Shown piece by piece: positions 1 to 10,426 of a stretch of 64,000 nt of DNA. The stretch's first letter is position 1; each line of letters starts with the position of its first letter. The notes below the pieces were generated by a model. That model had not been told where the DNA came from. It ran no database searches and saw only the letters and a program-made list of their open reading frames with translations. A program made the position numbers and the translations under genes. Origin of the DNA: Podarcis vaucheri (Eukaryota); NCBI GenBank assembly GCA_965113315.1, contig OZ220364.1. One strand, given 5' to 3'.

Positions 1-188
1 TAAACACAGCAATTCCTTCTGGCGAAAGGAACCGAGAAGCCCACCAGCTCGGGAGTTCTGTGTACACGTTGGGACATATGTGGAGCTCTATGCTGGACCT
101 CTTTGTTATTTCAGCCGTGACATTTTAAACTGCTCTTTGAAAAATGCTTGAGCGTTAAATGCGTATTTTCTCTGTGTGTTTCCGACAG

Positions 189-319
189 CACTCTAGTGGC
201 TGCCATCCAGTCTGCAGGCCTCACAGAAACGCTGAACAGGCCAAGGTCGTTCACAGTGTTCGCACCAACAAACGAAGCCTTCCGAGCCATGCCACAAGGG
301 GAGCTGAACAAACTTATGG
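189..319 (+). CDS. TGFBI: TGFBI coding exon 12 (FAS1-4 domain)
   Basis: ag|...|gt boundaries, 131 bp; encodes [43 protein letters not shown], matching the TGFBI FAS1-4 H1 motif. Confidence 0.96.
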
Positions 320-1889
320 GTAAATGTCCATAGATCTGGTTGGCTGTGGTGTGAGATACTGAGATTATTTACACTGATTTCCTTGGATAAGTGAGCTTTC
401 CAGCATTCTGTGCTATTAGTGTGATATTCAGCTTCTCTTTTGTTGGCTTGTTGGAGACAATAGGTTACAAAAGTGGTGGCTCTGGTTTTCACTGATGTCA
501 CGAGGAATGATTTGTCCATGAGGTGACAGTGACTTACTGTCTACACCCATGGTGAGACAGTTCAGGCCCTTCAAACTTTGTGTGGGTGGGTGGGTGCACT
601 AGATCCCAACAATTTATCGCAATCAAAAGAAATATTTTGCAGAGTTGCCACCCACTCTGCTGAACTTCCCTCCCCTGCTCATCAGACTGCTGTTATGAGG
701 GCGGCGGGGGGAATGTCCTGTTTTTCTGTATGCTAGCATGTGTGATTGCAAGTTCAGTTGTGTGAGAGAGAAAGAGAAAGAGCTGGTCTCTGTTCTCTCT
801 ATGTGTATGATTATGTATGTGTGAAAGAATGAGTCTGTGAGAGAGAGGCAATGATAGTCTATCTGCCAGTCTCTCTGTCATGTGTGCAGTTGTCCGTGTG
901 TGGGGAAAAGACATAGACAGTCCAGACATCCCTTGTGCCTCAGTCCTTGAAATTTCCTAGTACTTTCATGGAATATTGCAGGGGTAATGAAGGAGTAGAA
1001 AAAAGGCAAAGAAAGAAGAGTATCAGTCAAGATTCAGGGTTGATAAGACGGACAAGCAGTAGTAGTGGTGTGGGCTGTGGTGCATGGGTATTTATATGCT
1101 ACACTCTCTGTTAACAAACAACTAAAAAGAGGCTAACAACCAACATCTAAAAAACTACTACTAATATGTTCCTCAAGCGAGAGAGGGAAACCACGCCTGG
1201 GCTACTGAAGGACCTAAGTAAGAAAAATGTCATGTGTATGTCTAAAAGAGTTGCCACGAATCATAGCAGGGAAGATGGAAATCACAGATGGCCATTAATA
1301 AATGTTGATGAATGTTAGCTGGGCTGGTAAGGACAGGGGTGAGATTTTCATAGGCCCCAGGCCCGGGGGGGGGGGGGAGCTTCAGCTTGGAAGCCCTATA
1401 AGGAAAGGGTATGTGAACTTGTTCAATTATCTTTCATGTAAATATTGAAACATTCTCTTGCCTGATGTGGCTTAGAAAAGAATAGGAGCTGTTCTAGTGC
1501 AATGACTTTTCTCAGTTCATGCCCATCCCATCTGTGACATCATAAGGCAACATCTGCTGATGGGAGCTGGTTATCCTTTTAAGTTCGCAGAGCAGCAGTC
1601 TGCACATTTGCTCTATTGCTTAACGCACAAATAGTTCGTAACTGATTTGTAGCTACCGTAAGTAGCTGTGGAACTGAAACATCCCAGATGTGAACAGTCA
1701 AAATGTTCTGAGGCTTTGTAAGCAAAATATTTAGCTTACTCCTCTGAAAGCAATGAATCACCATTGATGGGAATATATAGCAAAGAGCAACTTGTGTAAG
1801 AGGAAGAAGGGAAGAAGAGCTGTAATTTCTTGTTTGATCAGCTTTATCTCTTGGATGTGTTACTCGTAGCTGCAGCTGGATTTGGGACA

Positions 1890-1998
1890 ATATACAACCT
1901 ACTTCTATATTTGCTCCAAACAATTCAGTAGCAGGGGGTTGTAGTCCAGCCCCCTGCTATTGAATTGTTTGGAGCAAATATAGAAGTAGGTTGTATAT
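1890..1998. repeat. Near-perfect inverted repeat (49-bp arms, 11-nt loop)
   Basis: 1890-1938 is the reverse complement of 1950-1998 with one mismatch. Confidence 0.95.
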
Positions 1999-2036
1999 GA
2001 CTCTTGTGGTCTTTTCCAACTCTATGATTCTATGAT
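1999..2036 (+). mobile_element. CR1-type 3' tail fragment
   Basis: ttccaactctatgattctatga, the typical CR1 (ATTCTATG)n terminus. Confidence 0.7.
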
Positions 2037-3377
2037 GGCAGTATATATTATATAGATGGTATAATGTCTGACTGCATATCATTTCTGCATCTCAGAAATT
2101 TCAATTTTATTCTGGAGCTGAGAAAACCTGGACGATCTGTCCAGAGTTAAGGTCCACACACAAAATCCTGAAATTCATTACCTCCAGTGTTATGCCTTTG
2201 CACATGCTTTGCAAAGTACATATAGAAAAGTACTGAATTCAATACCAAACCAGTCCATAGATGCATGAGATATGAGAGTGAATTTTCAGCAATATAATTG
2301 CAATGCTTCCTTTGAAATTCCAGTACTGTCTTTTAAATGAGGAACTGCTGATTACTTTCTAGCCTAAAACTTTGCCAGAAAGTGTGCATATTTATCTCAT
2401 CCAAGCTGTGATTCCAGGTTCACTGAAGACCAACTGAAACACGAAATCCGTTTTTCATAGTGAGGCCTTGAACCTTTCTTGAATGGATTTATCAATGTTG
2501 TGATAGAGAGCAAATTTAGATGGGTGTTTTGGGGGGTCATGATATTTTCTGTTTTACAAATGTGCCTTTGTTGGTCAAGGCACAGAGGAAAAGATCAGTA
2601 ATGTGTAAAGGCTTATCAAAACAGCTTCAAACATTTTGGCTCAGTTTCACCTGTTTCCAAAAACAGCATCGGGGTTTTCTTTTCCAGTACGTCTTCTGCC
2701 ACTTTTGGAAGCACTTGCCAGATATCAGATTTATAAGCTGCTATGATTCATTGCCAGTATATGTTGGCATCCTCTTCTGCTTATGGAAGAAACAGATAGA
2801 GACAAAGGCATCATAAGCAATGAAGGCACCAGCTGCAGCAGCATAGCAGAAAAATATTGCAAGGAAATGATGTGATGTCAAATGAGCAGTTTTACTATTT
2901 TAAAAAACCCCAGAGCACTACAGGAATCATTGCTGCTGTTAAAGGATAGAGGTTCCAAGTATTTTTCAAGTCCTGTGTCCCCTCCCCCAAATTGCAGATC
3001 ACTCAGATCACACATTCATGCATTTGAAGAGCTAAGTCAAATAACTTCAATACATTCTATGTAATACAGTATAGCTGTTTATACTGCAGCCTTCCTCCTG
3101 CTGCACAAAACACTTTAGCTGCTCAGTACTTGAGAGTTTCTTTGCTGGAAGGAATACTTGCCAGCATACATGAGAATCTGAATATGGGCACTCTAGAGAT
3201 ATATGGCTGCATTCTGACTTCATGGAACAGCTGCATACTGTTAGTGGAAGGCGGAATACTCCTGATATTGTCCTTCGACTGTTTACCTCACTATGTGATA
3301 CTTTGTTTTCTTTCCTAAATACCACGAAACAAGTAAAATGAGCTACAGCACATATCTTGGGTCTCTTTCACCCCCAG

Positions 3378-3502
3378 GTAATGCTAAAGAACTTGCCAGC
3401 ATTCTGAAGTACCACATCGGGGATGAAATATTGGTTAGTGGAGCAGTTGGTGCAGTTGTAAGAATGAAGACCTTGCAGGGTGATAAACTGGAAGTCAGCA
3501 CT
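3378..3502 (+). CDS. TGFBI: TGFBI coding exon 13
   Basis: cag|...|gtaagt, 125 bp, phase-compatible with exon 12; [42 protein letters not shown] (YH motif). Confidence 0.96.
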
Positions 3503-4021
3503 GTAAGTTCAACTCCCCCCCCCCTTTATCTCTTGTTATGAAATTACTGAGTTGTTTATCTACAAATACCTTGAATTTCTGAAAAGCAGACAATGGTTTT
3601 ATTGTTGCATGTCTCATTTCTGTACTTGTATAATATCCTCTTATCCTTCTTCCTTCCCTGCATTTTTGTAAGAAATCATGCAGGATAGTTATAAATACAA
3701 AGACATACTCCTAATATTAACCAGTTAACAATGTTCACACAAAACTTTACCTCCCTGGGATTCTTTTGTGGGAGGCTGGGAGGGGAAGAGAAGATTAGAA
3801 GTGAGCCTCAATTTTGCATGCTCTTTCTCCCTCCTCTCCTCACCATGGAGGAAATGTAGACTTTATCTCACAATGACTGAGTGATCTCATGTTCAAATCT
3901 ATCCCCTATCCATTCATTCACTTCTAGAAGTGAATAGAGTAGTGGAGATAGTTCAAGGTTTGTCCTGACATATAATCTGAATAGGTACAGGGTTGTCATG
4001 GAAGGTTTAGAGGAAACTAGA

Positions 4022-4474
4022 TGTCAGGGGATGATTAGCTGCTTGTGCTTAAAATTGTGCCCCTTCAGAGTTTGTGCGGCCCCACAAACCTCTGTGTGTG
4101 ACAGAGCTCCTCAGACATGTCTGCTCTAGTCACTAGTAGTGTCTGACAGTGGCTGCCTGCGGAAGCGCTTCCAGCAAAGAAGTTCCTTAACGGAAACGCG
4201 TCTCCTGGACTCACGACGTGGCAGCTTCCGGCGAAGCATGGGTCTCCCTGCAGTTGCTTCTGACACCTCCCCGCTATTTTCGCTGGATGTGTCTCTCACC
4301 CCTTTCTCTCCCCTGCTGTTTCCTGCCTGGGCTGCTGCGTCTCTCTCAGCATTACTGAGATCCTCCTCCAGAAACCCCTCGCTCCCCCTCCTTGTCCCTG
4401 CTTTGGCTGCTGACTCTCTCCCAGTCTCTGGGAGCCCTACCAACTCCCTTTCCTCTGATGTCAGTTCCCTGACA
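4022..4474 (-). repeat. 3' LTR of Gypsy element
   Basis: Direct repeat of 9129-9581; preceded on the minus strand by purine tract ggaggggaggtgga. Confidence 0.97.
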
Positions 4475-7400
4475 TCCACCTCCCCTCCAGGGCCCCCTTC
4501 TCCCCCGCCCCTACTCTCTCCTCTGGGCGGTGAGGAGCTGAAACCCCGAAAAGAATCCTCTTCATCTTCAGACGTCTCGAACATTTCCCTCCATCGGTCT
4601 TCGTTCCGACTCGCTGAATCCTCCTCCACCTCGGAATCAGAGAACCCCTCCAACTCTTCTTCTTCGTCGGTGGTGGCGAAGTATTCCCTCCGGAACCTCG
4701 CCACTGGCTGGGGTTTACGAGGGAATCTCTGATGAAAAGTTTCAATCAAAACCTCGTCATCTACATCCTCTGCCCTGACCCAGGTGTTTTCCGACTCCGG
4801 CTCCCCTTCCCACATTACCAAATACTCTACTTGCTCTCCCTTCCACCTGGAATCGAGAATCTCCGCTACATGGTAGCTGTGTTCTTTTTCCTCCATAGCT
4901 GGTCCCCTATTGACCCTCCCCTCTCTGTCCCCTTTATACGGTGACAGCAACGACCTGTGGAACACTGGGTGCAACTTCATGTGGTTCGGTAACCGGAGTC
5001 TGAAAGCCACTGGGTTGACCTGTTGCGTGACTTCAAATGGGCCCAGCCTTTTGGGTCTTAACTTCTTACAACCTCCTTTGAATGGTAACCCTTGGGTGGA
5101 CAGCCACACCTGGTCCCCCACCCTAATGCTTTCCCCTTCCCTTCTGGTTTTGTCTGCCTGCCTCTTATATTCCTCCTTCGCCCTGTTTAAATTAAGTTGG
5201 AGCTGGCGATGGATCGCTTCCATTTCTTCAACGAACTGTTCTGCGGCTGGAACGCTCCAGTTCTCCCCTTCCCCCCCTGGGAAGGCTCGGGGATGACACC
5301 CGTGATTAGCCAAAAAGGGGCTCATCCCCGTGGACACGTTCTCTGCATTGTTGTAGGCAAATTCTGCCAACGCCAGCTTCTCCACCCAATCATTCTCTCT
5401 GTCATTCACATAACACCTCAAATATTGCTGGAGGACACCATTAGCTCTTTCCGCCTGCCCGTTGGTTTCTGGATGACGGGCAGTTGAGAAATTCACCTCT
5501 ACATGCAATAAGCTCATGAGCTTCCTCCAGAACCTGGAAGTAAATTGTTTCCCTCGGTCAGAAACCACCCTCAAGGGGGCGCCATGCAGCCTAAACACAT
5601 TTTCCACAAACAATTTAGCGGTTTCTTCCGCTGTGACCGCATGTGAGCAGGCTATAAAGTGGGCCATCTTGGTTAACAGGTCTACCACAACCATGATGGC
5701 TGTTTTCCCTTTGGACCTGGGCAGATCAGTCATGAAATCTATTGCCACTGCCTCCCATGGCCTTTCCAGCGTGGGTAGTGGTTCTAATAAACCTGCCGGT
5801 GCCCGCCTCTCCCCCTTGGCTCGTTGGCATTGGTCACACCCTCTCACATACTCCCGCACATCTTCCCTGACCTTGGGCCACCAGAATTCCCTGGTAACCA
5901 GCCACATGGTTTTGTGTTGCCCAAAATGCCCTGCTGTGGGGCTATCGTGCAGTTGCTTGAGTACCTTTTCCCTCAATTCCCCTTCAGGTATGTATAACGC
6001 TCCCTTGTAGTACAACGCCCCGTTTCTCTCCTCAAAACCCCCGGGTTTGTCTCCCTCCCTCCTGAGACCCCTGAGTTTGTCCTGGGCGTATTCATCCTGC
6101 ACCGTTCCCTCTACCAGTTCCCTTTGCCCCACCAATGCCGCCCCACACACCCAGCGGTCCTCGGGAATGACATGGGTCTCTTCGGGTGCACCCTCTCCCT
6201 CCAAATATTCAGGTTTGCGTGAGAGAGCGTCCGCCCTAACGTTCTCTGGGCCTGGTACGTAACAAATCTCAAAGTTAAATTTGGAGAACTCCTGGGCCCA
6301 TCTCAACTGCCGTTGGTTGAGCACTCGCGCAGTTCTCCAATACTCTAGATTCTTATGGTCCGTGCACACTTGCACCTTCTGTTGTGCACCAATTAGCAGG
6401 TGCCTCCATCTCCGGAAGGCCTCATGAATCGCAAGAAGTTCCCGGTCGTACACCGTGTAGTTCCTCTCAGATTTGTTCAGCTTTCGCGAAAAGAAGGCAC
6501 ACGGTCGCCACTCTGACCCCTCCTTCCCCGGCTGCAGAAGAAGCACCGCCCCTATGGCTCTGTCAGAAGCGTCTGTTTCGACCCTCAGCTTTTTTTGTAA
6601 ATCCACATGTAGAAGTTGTTCATCAGAGGCGAAGGCCCTTTTCAGTTCCTCAAACGCTCGCTCCGCCTCCCCCGTCCAAACAAACTTCTTTTTACTGCTG
6701 AGACAGTCCGTGATGGGCGCCGTCAGGTGGGCGAAGTTTCGGATGAACTTACGATAAAAGTTTCCAAACCCTAGGAACCTCTGCACATCCTTCTTGGTCT
6801 TGGGTGTTTTCCATTCCAGCACCGCTTGAACCTTGCCGGGGTCCATGGCCAACCCCTTGTCTGACAAGCGGTACCCCAGGAATTCCACCTCCTTGGTATG
6901 AAACTGACACTTCTCCAGTTTCACCCACAGCCTGTTGGCTTGCAGCCTGCTCAACACTTCTCTGACGTCTCTCACATGTTGCTCCTCATTCTCCGAATAC
7001 ACCAACACGTCATCTAAGAAGGCCACACAATTCTTGTAGAGCAAAGGCCCCAGTACGTGGTTCATGAAGGCTTGAAAACACGCGGAGCCTGTTTGTAATC
7101 CAAAAGGCATAACGAGGTATTCAAATGCCCCCAAAGGGGTGAACATGGTGGTCTTCCATTCATCCCCTTTCCTTATACGTATCAGGTTGTACGCCCCCCT
7201 TAGGTCCAGCTTTGTAAAAATCTTTCCTTTCCGCACCCTGGTCAAAATATCATCAATCCTGGGCATAGGAAAAGCCGCCGGCTCTGTCACTGCATTTAAC
7301 CGCCTAAAGTCACATACCAGTCTCGGCTTGTCCGTGTTTTTTTTATCCACAAAAAACACTGGGCTACCCCCCGCTGCCTTGGACTCTCTGATGAAGCCTC

Positions 7401-8130
7401 TCTTCAGGTTCTTGTCAATGAACGCTCGCAACTCCTGCATTTCCCTGTCTGACATGGCATACAACTTGCCTACAGGAAGCTGTGCTCCAGGGAGTAAATT
7501 GATCTGGCAATCAAAGGGCCTATGCGGGGGTAGTTGGTCAGCTTCCTTCTCGCTGAACACGTCGCTGAGATCAGCATACTGTGGTGGCACCTTCCCCTTC
7601 CCCATTACTTCAGTCCCTGCCAGGGTGGCTTGGGCCCCTGCTGACCCCTTTTCCCCCCTGCAGTGTTCTAAGCAATGTGCAGAACCGAAGGAAACCACTC
7701 TTTGATGCCAGCCCACCAGCGGATCATGTAAGGCTAGCCAGCTCATTCCCAAAATAATGGGAGCGCCTCCCAAGGTGGCCACATTAAACGCTATCAGTTC
7801 TGTGTGCCTTGCCACCCTCATTATCATTGGGACGGTCTGCAAGCTAACTCCTCCTCCCAACAGTTCCCTGCCATCGATCGTGGTCACCTGCAGGGGGTTG
7901 CTTAAAGGGATAGTCTGTATCTGATGTTCAGCAGCAAACTCCTTGCTCATAAAATTGCAGGAGCTGCCTGAGTCCAACAGCGCCTTTATTTTTAGGGGGT
8001 GTCCATTTTGCAGCTCTAGCGACACTTCAATCACTAGAGCAGGTCGAGGAGCTTCTGGCACGGGCACTTTCACTGCTCTTTGGCCTGGCTGCAGTGCCCT
8101 GACGGTGGCAACCAGGCGTTGGCTTTTACC
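4126..8130 (-). CDS. Gypsy Pol (PR-RT-RNaseH-IN-chromodomain plus C-terminal extension), probably made by -1 frameshift from gag
   Basis: LLDSGS protease, FLDD RT, TDAS RNaseH, HHCC/DDE integrase, GPF module, chromodomain YHVAEILDSR...YLVMWEG...NTW; frame open from the slippery site at 8130. Confidence 0.96.
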   Translation of the reverse strand, partial: GKSQRLVATVRALQPGQRAVKVPVPEAPRPALVIEVSLELQNGHPLKIKALLDSGSSCNFMSKEFAAEHQIQTIPLSNPLQVTTIDGRELLGGGVSLQTVPMIMRVARHTELIAFNVATLGGAPIILGMSWLALHDPLVGWHQRVVSFGSAHCLEHCRGEKGSAGAQATLAGTEVMGKGKVPPQYADLSDVFSEKEADQLPPHRPFDCQINLLPGAQLPVGKLYAMSDREMQELRAFIDKNLKRGFIRESKAAGGSPVFFVDKKNTDKPRLVCDFRRLNAVTEPAAFPMPRIDDILTRVRKGKIFTKLDLRGAYNLIRIRKGDEWKTTMFTPLGAFEYLVMPFGLQTGSACFQAFMNHVLGPLLYKNCVAFLDDVLVYSENEEQHVRDVREVLSRLQANRLWVKLEKCQFHTKEVEFLGYRLSDKGLAMDPGKVQAVLEWKTPKTKKDVQRFLGFGNFYRKFIRNFAHLTAPITDCLSSKKKFVWTGEAERAFEELKRAFASDEQLLHVDLQKKLRVETDASDRAIGAVLLLQPGKEGSEWRPCAFFSRKLNKSERNYTVYDRELLAIHEAFRRWRHLLIGAQQKVQVCTDHKNLEYWRTARVLNQRQLRWAQEFSKFNFEICYVPGPENVRADALSRKPEYLEGEGAPEETHVIPEDRWVCGAALVGQRELVEGTVQDEYAQDKLRGLRREGDKPGGFEERNGALYYKGALYIPEGELREKVLKQLHDSPTAGHFGQHKTMWLVTREFWWPKVREDVREYVRGCDQCQRAKGERRAPAGLLEPLPTLERPWEAVAIDFMTDLPRSKGKTAIMVVVDLLTKMAHFIACSHAVTAEETAKLFVENVFRLHGAPLRVVSDRGKQFTSRFWRKLMSLLHVEVNFSTARHPETNGQAERANGVLQQYLRCYVNDRENDWVEKLALAEFAYNNAENVSTGMSPFLANHGCHPRAFPGGEGENWSVPAAEQFVEEMEAIHRQLQLNLNRAKEEYKRQADKTRREGESIRVGDQVWLSTQGLPFKGGCKKLRPKRLGPFEVTQQVNPVAFRLRLPNHMKLHPVFHRSLLSPYKGDREGRVNRGPAMEEKEHSYHVAEILDSRWKGEQVEYLVMWEGEPESENTWVRAEDVDDEVLIETFHQRFPRKPQPVARFRREYFATTDEEEELEGFSDSEVEEDSASRNEDRWREMFETSEDEEDSFRGFSSSPPRGESRGGGEGGPGGEVDVRELTSEERELVGLPETGRESAAKAGTRRGSEGFLEEDLSNAERDAAAQAGNSRGEKGVRDTSSENSGEVSEATAGRPMLRRKLPRRESRRRVSVKELLCWKRFRRQPLSDTTSD
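8067..8130 (-). promoter_or_regulatory. -1 ribosomal frameshift signal (G_GUA_AAA plus H-type pseudoknot)
   Basis: Heptamer at 8130-8124, 6-nt spacer, stem gcctggttgc/gcagccaggc, second stem gggcact/agtgccc; pol lies in the -1 frame. Confidence 0.75.
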
Positions 8131-9083
8131 TGCTCCGTTTCTCCCTGCTCTCCCCCCTCAACTGCTCCCACCATCCCTTGCCATTCCTTCCTCTGGGGGC
8201 AGACTCTGGCAAAGTGGCCTGGCTGTTGGCAGAGATAGCATTTCCGGGCTCCCTTTCCCTCCTTCTTCGCCCCCTCACTGGGCTTTGAAACTGCGCGCGC
8301 GCGGGCTGTTCCGATTTCCATCGGCTCTGCCGGCGGGAAAGCTGGCTCAGGAATGTCTGGAATGCGTAACTCCTTCCAACGTTCCCCTCTCCCTTCCCGC
8401 CTCTCCAAGGCTCTTGCCTCCTGGCGCGCTCCAATGGTCAGCGCAGATTTGGTCAGCTGATCCATAGACACCGCCCTGGGGCTCCTGGACAGCTCGTCTT
8501 TCACAGCCGAAGAAAGACCTTCTTCAAATAGCATCTGAATGGGTGCTGCCGATAAATCCCACCCCAATCTGTGAATCAGCATGGTAAATTCAGTCCAGTA
8601 CTCACGGACAGATCTGCTTCCCTGCTTGCAAGCCATTAGCTGTCTGCGCACCACCCCTTCCTCAATATCGCTGGAAAACATGATATCCATTGCACGAAAG
8701 AATTTCATAGTGTCCTTTAGGATATCGTTGTGCGTTGCCATCAGGGGTCGAACCCAGTCCCGCGCCCCCTTCTCAAGATGCCCAATTACGAAAGCAACTC
8801 GCGATTCCTCATCAGGGAACTCATCAAACTGCACATTCAGGGCATATTGCATCTCGGTCCTAAAGGCATGGTAATCCTTGGGGTCCCCCCCAAACTTCTG
8901 CACCAATCCTGGTACCTTTCTGGGGAACTGAGTGGTTCTCCCCTTTTTGTCAGCATCCTGAGCCCTTCTCTCCTCGAGCCTCGCCGTCTGCAGCGCAAGT
9001 TGGACCTCCAGAGCTTGATACCTTTCTTCCAAGCTTGGACCAGCTCCAACCCCTGCGTCTCCGGTTCCGACTGGGTTGCTCAT
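8070..9083 (-). CDS. Gypsy Gag (capsid plus CCHC nucleocapsid)
   Basis: First ATG at 9083 (MSNPVG); QGSRSVREY capsid motif; CYLCQQPGHFARVC zinc knuckle. Confidence 0.95.
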   Translation of the reverse strand: MSNPVGTGDAGVGAGPSLEERYQALEVQLALQTARLEERRAQDADKKGRTTQFPRKVPGLVQKFGGDPKDYHAFRTEMQYALNVQFDEFPDEESRVAFVIGHLEKGARDWVRPLMATHNDILKDTMKFFRAMDIMFSSDIEEGVVRRQLMACKQGSRSVREYWTEFTMLIHRLGWDLSAAPIQMLFEEGLSSAVKDELSRSPRAVSMDQLTKSALTIGARQEARALERREGRGERWKELRIPDIPEPAFPPAEPMEIGTARARAVSKPSEGAKKEGKGARKCYLCQQPGHFARVCPQRKEWQGMVGAVEGGEQGETEQVKANAWLPPSGHCSQAKEQ

Positions 9084-9128
9084 GATGCTATCTCCTGCAC
9101 AGGCAGCGTACAAAGACTGTCAGACTGC

Positions 9129-9581
9129 TGTCAGGGGATGATTAGCTGCTTGTGCTTAAAATTGTGCCCCTTCAGAGTTTGTGCGGCCCCACAAACCTCT
9201 GTGTGTGACAGAGCTCCTCAGACATGTCTGCTCTAGTCACTAGTAGTGTCTGACAGTGGCTGCCTGCGGAAGCGCTTCCAGCAAAGAAGTTCCTTAACGG
9301 AAACGCGTCTCCTGGACTCACGACGTGGCAGCTTCCGGCGAAGCATGGGTCTCCCTGCAGTTGCTTCTGACACCTCCCCGCTATTTTCGCTGGATGTGTC
9401 TCTCACCCCTTTCTCTCCCCTGCTGTTTCCTGCCTGGGCTGCTGCGTCTCTCTCAGCATTACTGAGATCCTCCTCCAGAAACCCCTCGCTCCCCCTCCTT
9501 GTCCCTGCTTTGGCTGCTGACTCTCTCCCAGTCTCTGGGAGCCCTACCAACTCCCTTTCCTCTGATGTCAGTTCCCTGACA
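9129..9581 (-). repeat. 5' LTR of Gypsy element
   Basis: No differences seen from 4022-4474. Confidence 0.97.
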
Positions 9582-10323
9582 CTAGACAATGATGTTTATC
9601 ATGTCTCTTAAACAAGAACAGGAACCTTCAGACTTCAAACCTGGACACAACTATGGTAAGTCCAGTGCCATCTGTGACAAAGCTACATAATGACACTATC
9701 CACAGAGGAAGATAGGCTGGAAGAGAAAGTCCAGTTGTGTGTGGTTAGCAACTACCAACAAAATACACACACTGTCTAGACACTTGCACTGTTACATAAT
9801 AACGTTATCTCATTTTAATAACCTTCTTTTCACTTGTCAAAAACACATGCAGTGCTGTTAGCAATCATGGCACGAACAGCTTCGCAATGAGCTTTTACTG
9901 ATACCGTAATTGTGATAGTTTATGCAGCAGATGCATTCCTTGATCCATGGCAGTGTTTTGGGGATTAAGCACAGCCTAGTGCCCCTCAAGACTTATGCTG
10001 GCCTAGCAGAGCAGGGGACAGCCTGCAGGAAAATAGGAGTCTGTTTGTGGCTGCCTGCAAGGGAGGAACCACAAAAAGCAATCTTACATTTGTTTAACAT
10101 AGTCTGCATCCACATTCTTACTTATTGGAATCCCAGGCCTCTGAACACAAAAGTTTGCTCAAACAAACAAACTGCTTGGGTGCAGCAGATTTCAGTGCAA
10201 TATGCTGCTGGGTCTTTTGGAGAAGATTAAAAAAAACACCTTCTGCATATTTTCTCCTCTAGAATTATTTCTCCTAGCATATGTTTCTGATGACTTATCT
10301 CTGCTTCTTTTTTTTCTCTTAAG

Positions 10324-10426
10324 AAAAACCACATCATAAATGTCAACAAGGAACCTGTGGCCGAAGCTGATATTATGGCCACTAATGGTGTGATTTATGC
10401 TGTGAATACCGTTTTACAACCATCAG
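10324..10426 (+). CDS. TGFBI: TGFBI coding exon 14
   Basis: aag|...|gtagg, 103 bp; [34 protein letters not shown] (FAS1 H2 motif). Confidence 0.96.

Larger units (their letters stand above)
4022..9581 (-). mobile_element. Full-length Ty3/Gypsy LTR retrotransposon (chromovirus, Tf1/sushi-like) in TGFBI intron 13, antisense
   Basis: Two 453-bp LTRs (TGTCAGGG...CCCTGACA); 5-bp TSD CTAGA at 4017-4021 and 9582-9586; PPT next to 4475; intact gag and pol. Confidence 0.98.

Noticed and set aside
286-319. Leu at the position of the human TGFBI corneal-dystrophy hotspot R555
   Set aside because: As I recall, the ELNKL form is usual in non-human vertebrates, so it is not unusual.
4139-9236. Many + strand ORFs over the Gypsy element (for example 197 aa at 4139-4732)
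   Set aside because: Antisense shadows of GC-rich coding sequence with no domains.
9233-9589. 118-aa ORF in the 5' LTR as a separate gene
   Set aside because: It is the duplicate of the Pol tail; its start codon lies in host flank and is not ATG.
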